A DNA stretch of 64,000 bases from an uncultured Gammaproteobacteria bacterium (GCA_964635715.1 CAZWNZ010000001.1:248122-312121), one strand, 5' to 3'; positions 9,476 through 21,973 are shown, numbered from the stretch's first letter. Notes: a model not told the origin generated them from the letters alone. Translations and numbers: made by a program.

Positions 9476-11278
9476 ATGAAAAAAATTTTTCCGGGGCTAA
9501 TTTCCCTTTTTCTGCTTTTAACACTTCCGGCAACAGTTTTGGCTAAAGACTATACAATAGATAAAGCAAACATTGTTGCAGAAATAACACCCGACGGATC
9601 GGCCAATATTACTGAAACGCGTACATACAATTTTTCCGGTAGTTTTTCCTGGGCGGATGAATGGATACCGAAAGAAGAATATGGAATCACGAATTATGAA
9701 TTGTGGGAGGGAACACTAAAATATAAACAAGATGACTCAGGGGCAGCAGGAACGTATTCCGTGACCGATGAGGGGGACAATGTCTATGTTAAATGGTTTT
9801 ATACCGCTACGGATGAGACAAAGACTTTTAAACTTTCTTACACAGTTAAAAATGCCGTTGTTAATCACAAAGATATCTCCGAATTCTACTGGCAATTGAT
9901 CGGTGATGGATGGGCAAAAGGGGTGGGGGAGGTAGATGCAAAAATAATTTTGCCGTATATAGCGCCTGATGACCAAATATGGGCTTTCGGACATGGGCCT
10001 CTAAACGGGACTGTAAATATAGTATCGGGAAACGAGGTGTATTTCCGTGCAACAGATTTTCCTCCCGAAACATTTTTTGAAGTGAGGGTTCTATTTCCTA
10101 CTAATACGACATTTGTCATGGCCAGAAATGGCAATGAAACTCTAAATTCGATTTTAGAAGAGGAAAAAGGCTTCATTGATAAAACTAGGGCAAAACAGGT
10201 ATGGAAATTCGTTCTGGCGTGCTTTTTTATTGCTGTAATTTTATGGAGAACTATAGTTTGGATTATAAACTGGAGTAAATATGGAAACGACGAGGAATTG
10301 CCCGAAGTGAATTTGGCCGGGACCTTGCATGAACCTCCGAGTGATCTGGCTCCGGTTTTGGTTGAAACTATGCTGAATCAGACTCCGACAGGCAAATCCA
10401 TCGTTGCTACTATTTTAGAACTGACTCGTCGCAAAATTTTGGCGATAGAATTTGTAAAAGGCGGCAAAAAGACATTTTTTGGTTCAAAAGATAAGTACTT
10501 TTTGGCCCTTAAAGACGTCAGTTATAAAAATAAAACTTCGAAAATGGAGAAAGATTTAATTGATTTTCTTTTTTCCGATTATTTGATCGGGAGCATAAAA
10601 ACTGACCTGAAAATAGATTTTGATGAAATAAAAAACAAATCTCAATCCAGCCCCACAGTTACCCGGAGTTTTTGGACCGAGTGGATAGAGGATGCTAAAA
10701 AGAATTTGAAGGATATGGATTTTTATGAAAAGAAAAGTTTAGATATGCAAACACGCGGACTTGTTGAATTGTCACTTTTGACAGTTATTAATTTTTTATA
10801 CTTTATTCTTGTGGCTTCCGCTTGGCCTTTAGGAATACTGATTATTATCATCTGTGATATTCTCCTGGTTATTTTTATAGGTTCGATGCGCAAGAAAAGC
10901 AAATGGGGAGATATGGAATTGGCCGGATGGAAGGCATTTAAAAAATGGTTGAAAGATTATTCGGTTACAAAAAATTATCCGATAGACTCCGTAATCCTTT
11001 GGGAGAAATATTTGGTTTACGGAACGGTTTTAGGAATTTCTGCTAAGGCGCTTTCACAACTTCCCGTCAACTTTTCAAAAGCGGTAGAGAAAAGCTCGGC
11101 AATATATACGGCTTTTTATCATGGAGCAGGGATGTCCGGAATGCAAAATTTTGCCTCTTCATTTTCAGCACTCTCCAACTCATTCGGTAGTTATGGCGCC
11201 TCGGGTGTTGGGAGTTCCGGAGGTTTTTCCGGCGGAGGGGGTGGAGGAGGAGGCGGGGGCGGAGGAGGAGCAGGTTAG
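9476..11278 (+). CDS. DUF2207-like membrane protein with a poly-Gly C-terminus
   Basis: Signal peptide, large N-terminal extracytoplasmic domain, 2-3 TM and a tail GGFSGGGGGGGGGGGGGAG, as in DUF2207 proteins. Confidence 0.5.
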   Translation: MKKIFPGLISLFLLLTLPATVLAKDYTIDKANIVAEITPDGSANITETRTYNFSGSFSWADEWIPKEEYGITNYELWEGTLKYKQDDSGAAGTYSVTDEGDNVYVKWFYTATDETKTFKLSYTVKNAVVNHKDISEFYWQLIGDGWAKGVGEVDAKIILPYIAPDDQIWAFGHGPLNGTVNIVSGNEVYFRATDFPPETFFEVRVLFPTNTTFVMARNGNETLNSILEEEKGFIDKTRAKQVWKFVLACFFIAVILWRTIVWIINWSKYGNDEELPEVNLAGTLHEPPSDLAPVLVETMLNQTPTGKSIVATILELTRRKILAIEFVKGGKKTFFGSKDKYFLALKDVSYKNKTSKMEKDLIDFLFSDYLIGSIKTDLKIDFDEIKNKSQSSPTVTRSFWTEWIEDAKKNLKDMDFYEKKSLDMQTRGLVELSLLTVINFLYFILVASAWPLGILIIIICDILLVIFIGSMRKKSKWGDMELAGWKAFKKWLKDYSVTKNYPIDSVILWEKYLVYGTVLGISAKALSQLPVNFSKAVEKSSAIYTAFYHGAGMSGMQNFASSFSALSNSFGSYGASGVGSSGGFSGGGGGGGGGGGGGAG

Positions 11279-11812
11279 ATTTTTTGGATAATCAGCGTAC
11301 CATTTATATAGATGAGTGTTGAGTGCGAAATTCTTGAGCGAGCCGTAAAGATACGTGGCAGGATAAACTGCCGCGAAATTTGCAAAAATGATTTGATGTG
11401 TCCTTTTATTGATGATGCGAAAGTTATTCCCGACAAAAAGGGTTCTTCTTCTCAGGGTGTTCCGAATGAGACAATTCCTTACAATCAAAGTATTCTCCAA
11501 TTGATTAGGGGTGAAAAATAATTTTTGGCAATTTGTGCTAATATATGCCATCGCGAGGCCAATTGCGGCCTTTTAACAAGCTAATTACAAAATTGGAGGG
11601 ATATAATGAGATTTATTGGCTTTTTGCAGTGGTTTAAAATCTTCTTTTTCCCGACAGGTGCTATGATCCCCGGAATTTTTGGGGTGTATGGGAAGGAAGC
11701 ACTTGAAGCTGCACTGACGGCACTGTTGGTCAAAATTTTGGTTCCTGTGGTAATAATAGGAATCGTCTGGTGTTTAACAAAATAAAATCAGAAATCAGAT
11801 AAGGAGGGAAAA

Positions 11813-12049
11813 ATGGTTTTACCGCTAGTGAATAATGCTTTGTTCGTGGTAGGGCAGGTGGTGCTTTACGAAAGCCATTACGTAGGTAGATTGGCTCTCA
11901 GAGCAAAAGTGATAATCAAGATGGCAGGTCATCAAGCCTCCGAAGTAAGGGTGATTGAGATCCTGGAGAAAGGAGAAGATAACACTACCCTGGATGGAGA
12001 TTTACTAGTGGTTCCAAACATCGAACTTTTGTTTTTTTCTGATCTATAA
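11813..12049 (+). CDS. hypothetical small protein
   Basis: AAGGAGGG RBS directly upstream; 78 aa. Confidence 0.25.
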   Translation: MVLPLVNNALFVVGQVVLYESHYVGRLALRAKVIIKMAGHQASEVRVIEILEKGEDNTTLDGDLLVVPNIELLFFSDL

Positions 12050-12075
12050 CATTGTTGCAGTTAAGGCCAGGAGGC

Positions 12076-12112
12076 ACAACTTTTACTAAAAAGCTGTGCC
12101 TTTTTTTTGGAA
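12076..12112 (+). terminator. putative intrinsic terminator
   Basis: aggcaca...tgtgcct stem followed by T8. Confidence 0.4.
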
Positions 12113-12342
12113 AAAAGGAGATAAAAAAAGTTGGGAATGAGAATTCGGAGTAAATCTAGCCTCAAGAATTATCAGGAAAAACAGCTTCAGATTGTTATTA
12201 CAAACCGGAATTAATTCGCATAACAATCAAAAACGTTCGTGTTGTTAAATATCCATAGCGTTTTGATAGTAAAGATGTTTTGAGACTGCTGGTTATTTAG
12301 GACAGGGAAATTCCGTTTATCAAAGCATAAAAACGGTAAGTG

Positions 12343-12816
12343 TTATTTGTGGAGCTGTGTTTGTACTTGGACGCCTAAAGATTGCAGAAAATCGTTAGGT
12401 GAATCACATCCAAAAATTTCGTTAAATTCCTCGATTGCATATTTTGAAGGCTTTCCTTTTAAACTAAGTCCCAAACCTCTGCAGTCAATATTGGCACTGA
12501 CTCTTGTATCGGAGTGTAGGCTGAATTTAGGACTGTCAGAATCATTTTTGAGTATTTTGTCGGCCTTCTCAACAGCTTCCCCTAGATTTTTAGAGTAATT
12601 TTTTATGCCTCTGTCCCCGGAGCGGCCAATATAAACAAGAACAATACTGCTGCCGGTTTGTGCTACTAGGAAATCAGAGAGGAAAATAGCTGTAGCCTCG
12701 GTTGCTTTTTGTCTGAAATCAAATGCGTCTGTTCCGGAGATTTGAACAACAGGAACACTTTTGTTGTCGGCAGATTCAACTATTCCAATGTTTACTGCGG
12801 TTTCAACCTGTCCCAC
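12343..12816 (-). CDS. hypothetical protein, flanked by imperfect direct repeats
   Basis: 157-aa ORF; the repeats tagc(c/t)tcaagaattatca...agcttcagattg lie at 12156-12197 and 12951-13075. Confidence 0.3.
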   Translation of the reverse strand: MGQVETAVNIGIVESADNKSVPVVQISGTDAFDFRQKATEATAIFLSDFLVAQTGSSIVLVYIGRSGDRGIKNYSKNLGEAVEKADKILKNDSDSPKFSLHSDTRVSANIDCRGLGLSLKGKPSKYAIEEFNEIFGCDSPNDFLQSLGVQVQTQLHK

Positions 12817-13163
12817 TGAGACAAATATATAATAAAATCCCCAAAAGTCAAATTTCTTGTCTTCCTTTATGCGGACTTTTTATGCAAATATAAAAGTAAC
12901 ACATAAACACTTTAATAAATTAAATTATTAAACTCTTGGAAAAGTGGGTGAATTTAGCTTCAAGAATTATCATGCATTGATGCATGATAATTGGGAGTGT
13001 CCTAATGATTCGAATCATTAGGACAAGTAGCACTGGATGGGAATTTGGTGGGGTGGGGAAATAGCTTCAGATTGACCGATAGTGTATAATAATTGCCTGA
13101 TTAGCTAATTGCAGCTAACTAATATTTAAGTTGCTCTTAAAAAAAACCAAAAAGGAGGCAGTG

Positions 13164-13487
13164 ATGGCTTGGAAAGGCGATGTTCAAAGGATTGTATCTG
13201 AAAAAAAGAAACGGGAAGAGGAAGAAGAGAGTGCTAGGCAAACTGCTCAGGTAGAAACAAACCGTGAGGGTTTGAAAAAGTTTAAATGCCATATTTGTGA
13301 TAAACCGGCAAGTAAGCCAAAGATGGTTCCTGTTATCCAATATGGAAATAACCATATGGCTCCTGACTGGACCCAACCGGGGGATTTATACACATGCATC
13401 AAATGCGGTGGATTAACGTGCGACGACTGTCAATATGACGGCGTGTGTAAAACTTGTTGGGAAAAAGAACTGGGGATTAAGCTTTAA
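13164..13487 (+). CDS. Cys-rich zinc-ribbon-like small protein
   Basis: CHICD...CIKCGGLTCDDCQYDGVCKTC; AAGGAGG RBS upstream of MAWKGD. Confidence 0.4.
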   Translation: MAWKGDVQRIVSEKKKREEEEESARQTAQVETNREGLKKFKCHICDKPASKPKMVPVIQYGNNHMAPDWTQPGDLYTCIKCGGLTCDDCQYDGVCKTCWEKELGIKL

Positions 13488-13510
13488 AAACAATTGAATA
13501 ATAGTTAAAG

Positions 13511-13550
13511 ACCACTCTTGCGAAAGCAAAAAAAGAGTGGTCTTTTCTTT
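13511..13550 (+). terminator. intrinsic terminator
   Basis: gaccactct/agagtggtc stem followed by a T-rich tract. Confidence 0.45.
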
Positions 13551-13671
13551 TGGGAAAAACGCGATAACTTGAGGCTAAAAACTATGATATATCGATATAT
13601 AATATTCTTGAAAAGTTTGTACTGGTGATTTGAATCATTGATACAAAATTAAGTTGGTATAATTACTTCTG

Positions 13672-14358
13672 ATGGGGGACTATCAAGATAAACAGTTTCA
13701 GATTATTTCCAAAATTGAAGATAAAATAAAAAATAATAGTGGAAATTTTAGTGTAGTTACTCCTGTAACCGACTTTGAGAATGATGAAAGAATATGTCTG
13801 ACAAGCGTGCACTTGCCGTCAAACGAGTTTAAGGAAAAGATCCAAAGATTGACCACGCCTTTGAAAGACAAATACCCCGATCATTATTATTACGAACCTG
13901 AATCGACACATATAACAATAAAAAACGTTCGTGTAATCAATAAACCCCCACATTTTAATGAAGGTGATATCAAAAAAGCCAGGGAAATATTTTCGAGTGT
14001 TATTCCAAATCACCTGAAATTTAGTGTTTATTATTACAGATTAATGCTTTTCCAAAATAATTTAGCCATAATAGGTACGACAGATGAGGAATATGGAAGA
14101 ATAATTTTGGATTTGGATGAAAAGATGAATCTGGCCGGCCTGAAAGACGATAAGACATATATAGATTCAAAAGTGTTTTTCAGTAATATTACTCTGGCAA
14201 GATTCTCAAAACCAACAAGCTCTGAATTCAAAAAGAGAGTAGAGGAGATTTCTAATTCCTTAAAATTTGAACCCTATGAAGTTGATTCTGTGAGTTTAGT
14301 AACTGCCAATGCAGTCCTTAAAAAACTCAATGTTATTAAGACCTGGAAACTTAAGTAG
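13672..14358 (+). CDS. possible 2H phosphoesterase (LigT/CPDase-like), uncertain
   Basis: HITIKNV (HxT motif) present; the second motif is degenerate (NITLARF). Confidence 0.3.
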   Translation: MGDYQDKQFQIISKIEDKIKNNSGNFSVVTPVTDFENDERICLTSVHLPSNEFKEKIQRLTTPLKDKYPDHYYYEPESTHITIKNVRVINKPPHFNEGDIKKAREIFSSVIPNHLKFSVYYYRLMLFQNNLAIIGTTDEEYGRIILDLDEKMNLAGLKDDKTYIDSKVFFSNITLARFSKPTSSEFKKRVEEISNSLKFEPYEVDSVSLVTANAVLKKLNVIKTWKLK

Positions 14359-14401
14359 ATTTAATTGACTTTCTCTGTCTTTTTTTATATCTTTCTTCCA
14401 T

Positions 14402-14941
14402 ATGACTCCAGATAGAAAATTGAATGAAATTGAGAAACCGTTCGTGGGTAGCGAAATATACTTTTCTAATTCAATCGTGGGTGTATTAAACCAAGACCCA
14501 GAGTTTGGATGGCAGATAGTTAACTATATGATAGAAAATGGGGCCCATGTTTTAGATAAACATGTTGCTGGGAGGACCTCGGAAGAAAAAGACCTACTTT
14601 TTATTGAAGACAATGGATTTGATTACAAACTTTCCAAAAACCCTAAGACTGCGATCGAGTCCTCTGATATTGCACAAGTTGATCAGGCAACCCACGTAAT
14701 TGCTTTTGTTGATGGACCAAGTCATGGAGTGGGGAATGAGATACAAAGGGCAATAGATAGATATGAGTTTAAGGGAGAAAATGTCCAAATTCTTTGTCTG
14801 GTGAGTGAAGAAAGAGCTGGTAAACTTTCCTGGATGATAAGTGGCAAAGAATGCCCAAAATATCCAAATTTTCATCTCAGCGTCTACAAAGACATCGAAG
14901 ACGTCAAAAAACACATATTTAATTTTTTAACCTCAAAATAG
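14402..14941 (+). CDS. nucleoside 2-deoxyribosyltransferase-like (Rossmann/SLOG-like) protein
   Basis: THVIAFVDGPSHGVGNEIQRAI resembles the NDT-family DG(s)SGtxfExGyA motif. Confidence 0.35.
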   Translation: MTPDRKLNEIEKPFVGSEIYFSNSIVGVLNQDPEFGWQIVNYMIENGAHVLDKHVAGRTSEEKDLLFIEDNGFDYKLSKNPKTAIESSDIAQVDQATHVIAFVDGPSHGVGNEIQRAIDRYEFKGENVQILCLVSEERAGKLSWMISGKECPKYPNFHLSVYKDIEDVKKHIFNFLTSK

Positions 14942-14950
14942 TAATTTTGC

Positions 14951-14993
14951 CAATAAAAAACCGCCGAGGTCTAAATTGCACCTAGGCGGTTTT
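14951..14993 (+). terminator. intrinsic terminator
   Basis: aaccgcc...ggcggtttt hairpin plus T-run after the stop at 14941. Confidence 0.5.
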
Positions 14994-15018
14994 CCACTCT
15001 TTCTTTGTCTATTTATTG

Positions 15019-15414
15019 CTAGTTTGTTTCCAGGTTTTTCCCGGTCTCGATGAATATTGCAAAAAAGCGGATCAGATATTTAAATCTGTTCCATTTGCCG
15101 ACAATGTTTTCCGGAAACCGGAAAGGTAGAATTGACATTGGTGTTAGGTCAATAGCGCCAAGGTATTTTTCAATTTGATCAATTAGAATCAACACCTCTT
15201 TGTATTGACCTTTTGCCTCGATGAAATAGGCATCCCATGGATTTGCGCAATGTGCAGCTTTCAGTTTAGCGTTTTTGGAATGAATGTTGATGATTGGCAT
15301 ATATTTTTTAGGCAGCACATGGTGAATAACATCGATGTAGCTTACTTCATCTCCGGGCAATGGATTAATTCCGTTTTCCAAAAGCCGACCGTTAGCATAT
15401 CTCCAACTAGACAT
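15019..15414 (-). CDS. hypothetical protein
   Basis: 131-aa ORF. Confidence 0.3.
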   Translation of the reverse strand: MSSWRYANGRLLENGINPLPGDEVSYIDVIHHVLPKKYMPIINIHSKNAKLKAAHCANPWDAYFIEAKGQYKEVLILIDQIEKYLGAIDLTPMSILPFRFPENIVGKWNRFKYLIRFFAIFIETGKNLETN

Positions 15415-16528
15415 TTTAAAGATCCTTTCTTCTTTCTGTCCTGAGTGGTCTCAAGATCAGTGAGTGGAATTTGATCGCCGAATCGCAATCAATAGGGGAA
15501 TAATACACTTTTAGGTGCGAATAATCAAGTTATAGGATATATAAAATTTCTAGGTGCGACTTCAATGGAGATTTGAACACCAGAATCACTTCAAATTTCA
15601 GGAGCGTATTCAGATGGGTTTTTGGGAATAGAGCGACTTCAAGGGAGATAAAAAACCGGTAGTTTGCGTCTATGTGACTCGGGAAGTAAAATTGCAGTAT
15701 GAGCCTTGAGGAAAGAGTCAAAAAAATTGAGGAGAGGAATAGGCGGGTAGAGGTGGATAAGGCTTGGGAAGTGAGCCTCGTCAGGAGAGCGCTTCTTGTT
15801 GTTTTTACATATCTTTCAATCGGAATTTATTTAAATGCGATAAAAATAGCAAACCCCTGGTTAAATGCTATCGTTCCAGCTTTTGGATTTCTTCTTTCCA
15901 CCCTCACGCTCCCTTTCTTCAAAAAGATGTGGATGAAATATAGGAGAAAGTAAAAATTTGGGAAATTTGGCCTCAAGCGTTGACAACGCCTTTTCCACGA
16001 GTCATTATGAAAGTATCGAGCGCTTGCTAATTGAATGATGCAAGCCTATAATGTTCAAGCTCTTTTAATCGCTAGTTAGGTTGGCAAGAGATGCTGTTGT
16101 TATGCGGAGGAAGAGGGATTTAAACCCTCGGATGTGCTTTAACACATCAACCGTTTTTAGGACAGTTCCGGAGAACATCACATACCGGGTTTCCTCCCAA
16201 TCTCTTGCCAGCTTAGCTAGCGATCTTTTGTTTTCTTCTTAGGTATGTTAAAGAGCTGCACCTTTTCAAGACCTGGAAACCTCACATTCAAACTATGATT
16301 AGTAGAATTAGTTCAAGACAATAGGTATTTTTCCCAACAAAAAACCGCCCTAAATTGGCGGTTCGGCTCAGCAGCTATAACTTACGTTTCTAACTATTGT
16401 GCAGGACGGTTAAGCTACAAAATAGCTGAACCGCTATACTCTTATTATAACATATTTGCAGGCTAATTATAAGGGAATTTTGGTGGAATTATTGGAAAAA
16501 GAGGAGTAAGATTTGGCGAAATACCACA

Positions 16529-17032
16529 ATGTTTGAAAAATTAGTAACAAAATTAGAAGATTTCATATACAAAATAGTTAAAAGGGGGATTTTTGGAATT
16601 TCCTTTAGAGCATTGTCCTCAAGGGACTGGGACATTGTCGAGAGCAGAATATTTGATATGGATAAAATATTAATGACAGTGTCAGCCTCTGCCCTCGCGC
16701 TATCTCTCCTTCTAATTAATTCTAGAAGCGTAGCACCGAAGTTAACATTTTTTATCTTTTCGTGGGTACTCTTTTGGATTGCTATCTCCATAGGAGCGCA
16801 GATCTATCTTTTTGGAGTTAAATACTCTTTAGGTAATGTGATTCTTAAAGGGAGAAAAAATAAAAACTGGTTCCTAAAAAAGTTTGGTAAATATTCAGGA
16901 GACTATTTTTATAAGCTCAACAGGGGAATAATTTTCTGGTTATCTACTATACAAAATTTTGCCTTTATTTTAGCTTTTATCTTTTTATTCCTTGGTGTAC
17001 TTGAAAACTTTACTCCACAAACAGTAAAGTAA
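16529..17032 (+). CDS. hypothetical membrane protein (conflicts with the antisense ORF 16489-16791)
   Basis: 3-4 predicted TM helices; weak RBS; a minus-strand terminator at 16340-16372 argues that some minus-strand transcript also ends here. Confidence 0.25.
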   Translation: MFEKLVTKLEDFIYKIVKRGIFGISFRALSSRDWDIVESRIFDMDKILMTVSASALALSLLLINSRSVAPKLTFFIFSWVLFWIAISIGAQIYLFGVKYSLGNVILKGRKNKNWFLKKFGKYSGDYFYKLNRGIIFWLSTIQNFAFILAFIFLFLGVLENFTPQTVK

Positions 17033-17308
17033 TCTATGGTTTTAAGGTGCTTTGCCCTCCTGTGCCAAGGCTATGGAAGGGTGAAGAGGTTATATAGGAT
17101 TCTTAGAACTCTGAATATCTAGCATGAACTCTATGCGTTTTTCATATTTTAGCTCTGGATTCGGCCATGCTCACCATTCGCTCAAGTTTATTAAGCTTGA
17201 GAAATTCTTTTTTGATACTTGAGCTCACCTCTGTCTTTGTAAACAACTGGTTCGGCGAGGTGGAGGGTGACAAGTTCCTTGGTTCGATATGACTCACCAC
17301 GTCGCTGA

Positions 17309-17890
17309 TTATTTCAGACTTTTGAGTAAGTCTTCATATTTCAATTTTCCTCTGTCTTGATATGCAACAACGTCTGCACAATCTTTTTTGACCAGCTCCG
17401 CATTCACTAGTTTTCCTTTTTTACATCCTTCAGGATTATCTATTAAACCTTCATTACTTTCATTATCACTTTTGTGCATATAGTCACTCGGTAAGAATTG
17501 GGGAGTGGTTTCGCAGTCTATCCAAACCCATGCAAGGACCCTGCCATACTTGTCATCCTGGTATCTGTCGTATTCTAAGTAAACTTTTTTATTAGTTAGA
17601 TTTTCCTCTAAATAGGCCTTGGCAGGCGTCTTTCCCGCCTCAGCATCAATGCCCAGAAGACGGACTTTTACACCATTTTTGAGCACAAAAGTATCGCCAT
17701 CCTCAATCTTTGTAACTACACCACTTTTTGGAAAAAGGGTTTTGAGTTCATAGTAGTTTTTTACCTTTTCAAAAGCTTTTGCATTCCATCCCAGTGCTTG
17801 GGTAGTTAATATTCCTGCAATTAAAACTGCTGGAACGCCAAGTTTTGCAAGAGATTTGGCAGTTAGTTTTTTCTTTGAAGTTTTTGGCAT
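17309..17890 (-). CDS. secreted thermonuclease (SNase/micrococcal nuclease family)
   Basis: GDTFVLKNGVKVRLLGIDAEAG...KYGRVLAWVW matches the SNase fold signature; N-terminal signal/TM. Confidence 0.8.
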   Translation of the reverse strand: MPKTSKKKLTAKSLAKLGVPAVLIAGILTTQALGWNAKAFEKVKNYYELKTLFPKSGVVTKIEDGDTFVLKNGVKVRLLGIDAEAGKTPAKAYLEENLTNKKVYLEYDRYQDDKYGRVLAWVWIDCETTPQFLPSDYMHKSDNESNEGLIDNPEGCKKGKLVNAELVKKDCADVVAYQDRGKLKYEDLLKSLK

Positions 17891-18377
17891 TAATTAAATT
17901 TACCATTTCTATGATGATTAGTTAATTTCAGAAAAATTGAAGTGGGGCATTGACCAAAATACGATTCTAATATATAATACCCATACACTGAAGGAATAAG
18001 TTGATCCCAATTAGAAAGCTAAAGCTTCTAACGGGACAGGTTCGTCTTCAGTAATATAGAGGTTAACTTTCCGTTCGACTCCAAAGTCGCTCAGGATTAA
18101 CAACTTCATTTTTTAGTTGGTACACTTACATTTAGGCGACAGAATACAGTTTTGAATAATAGGGACCCGAATTAGTTTATTTTAAGTTAGTCCGTTAGTA
18201 TTTACGACTGTCGTTTGTTACTTAAATTATCTGCACTTTAATATCCAAAGATGACAGGTTAATACAATTTTCCAGACCTCAGTGCGAAGTCTGGAAAGAA
18301 AACGTTTTGGAATTCAAAACGTGATTGAAAGCAGGATTATCCCATTGGATGCGTAAGCTATCCAAATTGGGAACTAT

Positions 18378-19970
<1,593 letters not shown>

Positions 19971-20294
19971 TAAGGAGATGACTTTCCCGCCAAATTGGCG
20001 GGACTGTTTCACCCCCATTTTAAGTTAAGGGTTTTTTGGTTAAAAAACTATAAACATAGCTTTCAATCACATTTGGAGTTCCAAATAAATTAATCTAAAT
20101 CTTTGGAGAGTCAACGAGAAATCCCGCTACAACGCGGGATTTTTTGTGTCCTTCGATTTCACTCAGTATCTTTGAGGAAAAATATAAAAATAGGAGAGTG
20201 AGGAGCTGGGATATTGAAGTGTAAGTTCTTTGGCGGGCTTTTTTGTTTGATTAATATCAAAAAGCCCGCCAAGAGCAATGAAACAAAAAGAGAT

Positions 20295-20963
20295 TTATTG
20301 TTTACGAATTTTTTTGATGATCCCCGTCGCAATAAGGCAGAGGCCAACAATGCCCAGTGCCGGGAAAGGCCAAGAAATCTGTCGATCGACACCCGTGACA
20401 GGTATCAGAGCGGCAGCCGCGGTTTCAGCCGGAGGATCATATGGTTCCGGAGTTTCGGACGGCTCAACCGTTGGTTCATCGGTTGGTTCGTCGGTGGGTT
20501 CTTCAGTAGGTTCCGGAGTGCCAGTAGGTTCCTGAGTTGGGTCCTCGGTAGGCTCATCGGTTGGTTCTTGTGTTGGTTCATCAGTTGGCACTTGTTGCTG
20601 AATTGCCTCCAAGTGGCTGATGTCTTTACAATCAGAACCGCTTCCAACTTTCGTCACTGTGACAGAGTTGGTTCCAAGACCACTCACAGAATAACAGCTG
20701 TTGCTTCCGGTGAGAGTGATGCACTCATTGCCACCAGTTGACATTTCTGACCCTGCCTTTACTATGACCGAATTGATCACAAAACCTGGGTCGGCATTAA
20801 TGGTAACAGACGTTCCACCCGAATCTTCTTTGATGTAACCATCCGAACTGGGGTTTAAACAATTACCCGCCCCTTGAGCACTTACTGACGTGGTATTGAG
20901 TAAACCCGCCGTGAGACATGTGATGGCCAAAACGGCCACAAACACGAACACTATCTTTTTCAT
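20295..20963 (-). CDS. secreted surface protein with a Pro/Thr/Glu-rich linker and a sortase-type C-terminal sorting signal
   Basis: Signal peptide; (PTDEPTQE)n linker; C-terminal LIPVTG, then a hydrophobic helix, then KKIRKQ. Confidence 0.55.
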   Translation of the reverse strand: MKKIVFVFVAVLAITCLTAGLLNTTSVSAQGAGNCLNPSSDGYIKEDSGGTSVTINADPGFVINSVIVKAGSEMSTGGNECITLTGSNSCYSVSGLGTNSVTVTKVGSGSDCKDISHLEAIQQQVPTDEPTQEPTDEPTEDPTQEPTGTPEPTEEPTDEPTDEPTVEPSETPEPYDPPAETAAAALIPVTGVDRQISWPFPALGIVGLCLIATGIIKKIRKQ

Positions 20964-21625
20964 AATCTCCTCCTTTGGGGGAACTAAAATAGGTTTGTCC
21001 TTTTTTAAATCTCTTTTGTTTTAAAAGGGCTAATTAACTAACAATAAATTAAATAAATCCGCTGTGGATTTATATATTTTCTGATTGGAATTATAGACTA
21101 AGAAGTCAAATTTTACAAAATTATGGGCTATTTATTCATATACATTTCTTATATCCCAAGAAGCAATCTATCATATATTCTTTGCTCGTCCAAAGAATGT
21201 AAATCCAATTTCTTGCTTCTCCAAGAAATTGGAGAAAGAAAGAGCCCCATGATACTTTTTAGGTAGTCACTCCATTCGTTCATACAATACAAAAGAACTT
21301 CTTCGGGACAAGCCCTCGTCAAACATCTTTTGTTTCTTGATATGTATTCACTCATTTCATTCGAATCTAAAAAGTAAATGGGATTTGGTGAACAAAAGTA
21401 AATTTTATAGGCGGAATTGGAATACAAATACAAAAATCTGAAGCTAAATTTATTATGCATTAATACATCGTTAAAGCATTCAAATTTTCTTTCGGAGAGA
21501 GTTTGTGATAATATCGTTGCCTAGTGGAGAATTCCAATAAATGCATTCGGCAATTCTCTTTAACATTATTAATAAAACGATTCCGATTAAATCAAATTAA
21601 ATCCATAAAACTTAAGGAGGAAGAA

Positions 21626-21886
21626 ATGGGAATATTCGATAAAGTTACTATTGCGGGAGGCTTATGCTCGACTGGGTTTTGGGGTTTAATACCCGGAACT
21701 ACACTTCTTTTTAAACGCGGTTACGGAGCTGCGCTCGCTGCGGCCGAAGTGACGGTCGTGGAAATACTGTATGAGGAAGAGAAGTGTAAGGTGAAGATCG
21801 ATCAAATCGTAAGCCAGGGAGCGGCAACCAATTACAAAATTGGAGACGTTTTGGTTGCAACCTCTGACGAGCTCACCGCGGTGTAA
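21626..21886 (+). CDS. hypothetical small protein
   Basis: AAGGAGGAAGAA RBS directly upstream of MGIFDK; 86 aa. Confidence 0.35.
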   Translation: MGIFDKVTIAGGLCSTGFWGLIPGTTLLFKRGYGAALAAAEVTVVEILYEEEKCKVKIDQIVSQGAATNYKIGDVLVATSDELTAV

Positions 21887-21927
21887 TTTTCGATGAATTG
21901 TCAGTTTTGTAGTATTAGTTTTTTGCC

Positions 21928-21972
21928 CCCAAAAGGCCAACTTTGAAATTTAAGGTTGGCCTTTTTTCTTGG
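21928..21972. terminator. bidirectional intrinsic terminator between convergent genes
   Basis: aaaaggccaac...gttggcctttttt, with A/T runs on both sides. Confidence 0.45.
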
Positions 21973-21973
21973 C

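Noticed and set aside
16489-16791. Minus-strand 100-aa ORF overlapping plus-strand ORF 16529-17032
   Set aside because: The two are mutually exclusive. The plus-strand ORF has clear TM helices. The minus ORF is retained only as a possibility because a minus-strand terminator lies at 16340-16372.
20214-20741. ORF 20214-20741(+), 175 aa
   Set aside because: It is antisense to the better-supported surface-protein gene 20295-20963(-) (signal peptide, PT-repeat, sorting signal) and is dominated by low-complexity translation of the repeat.
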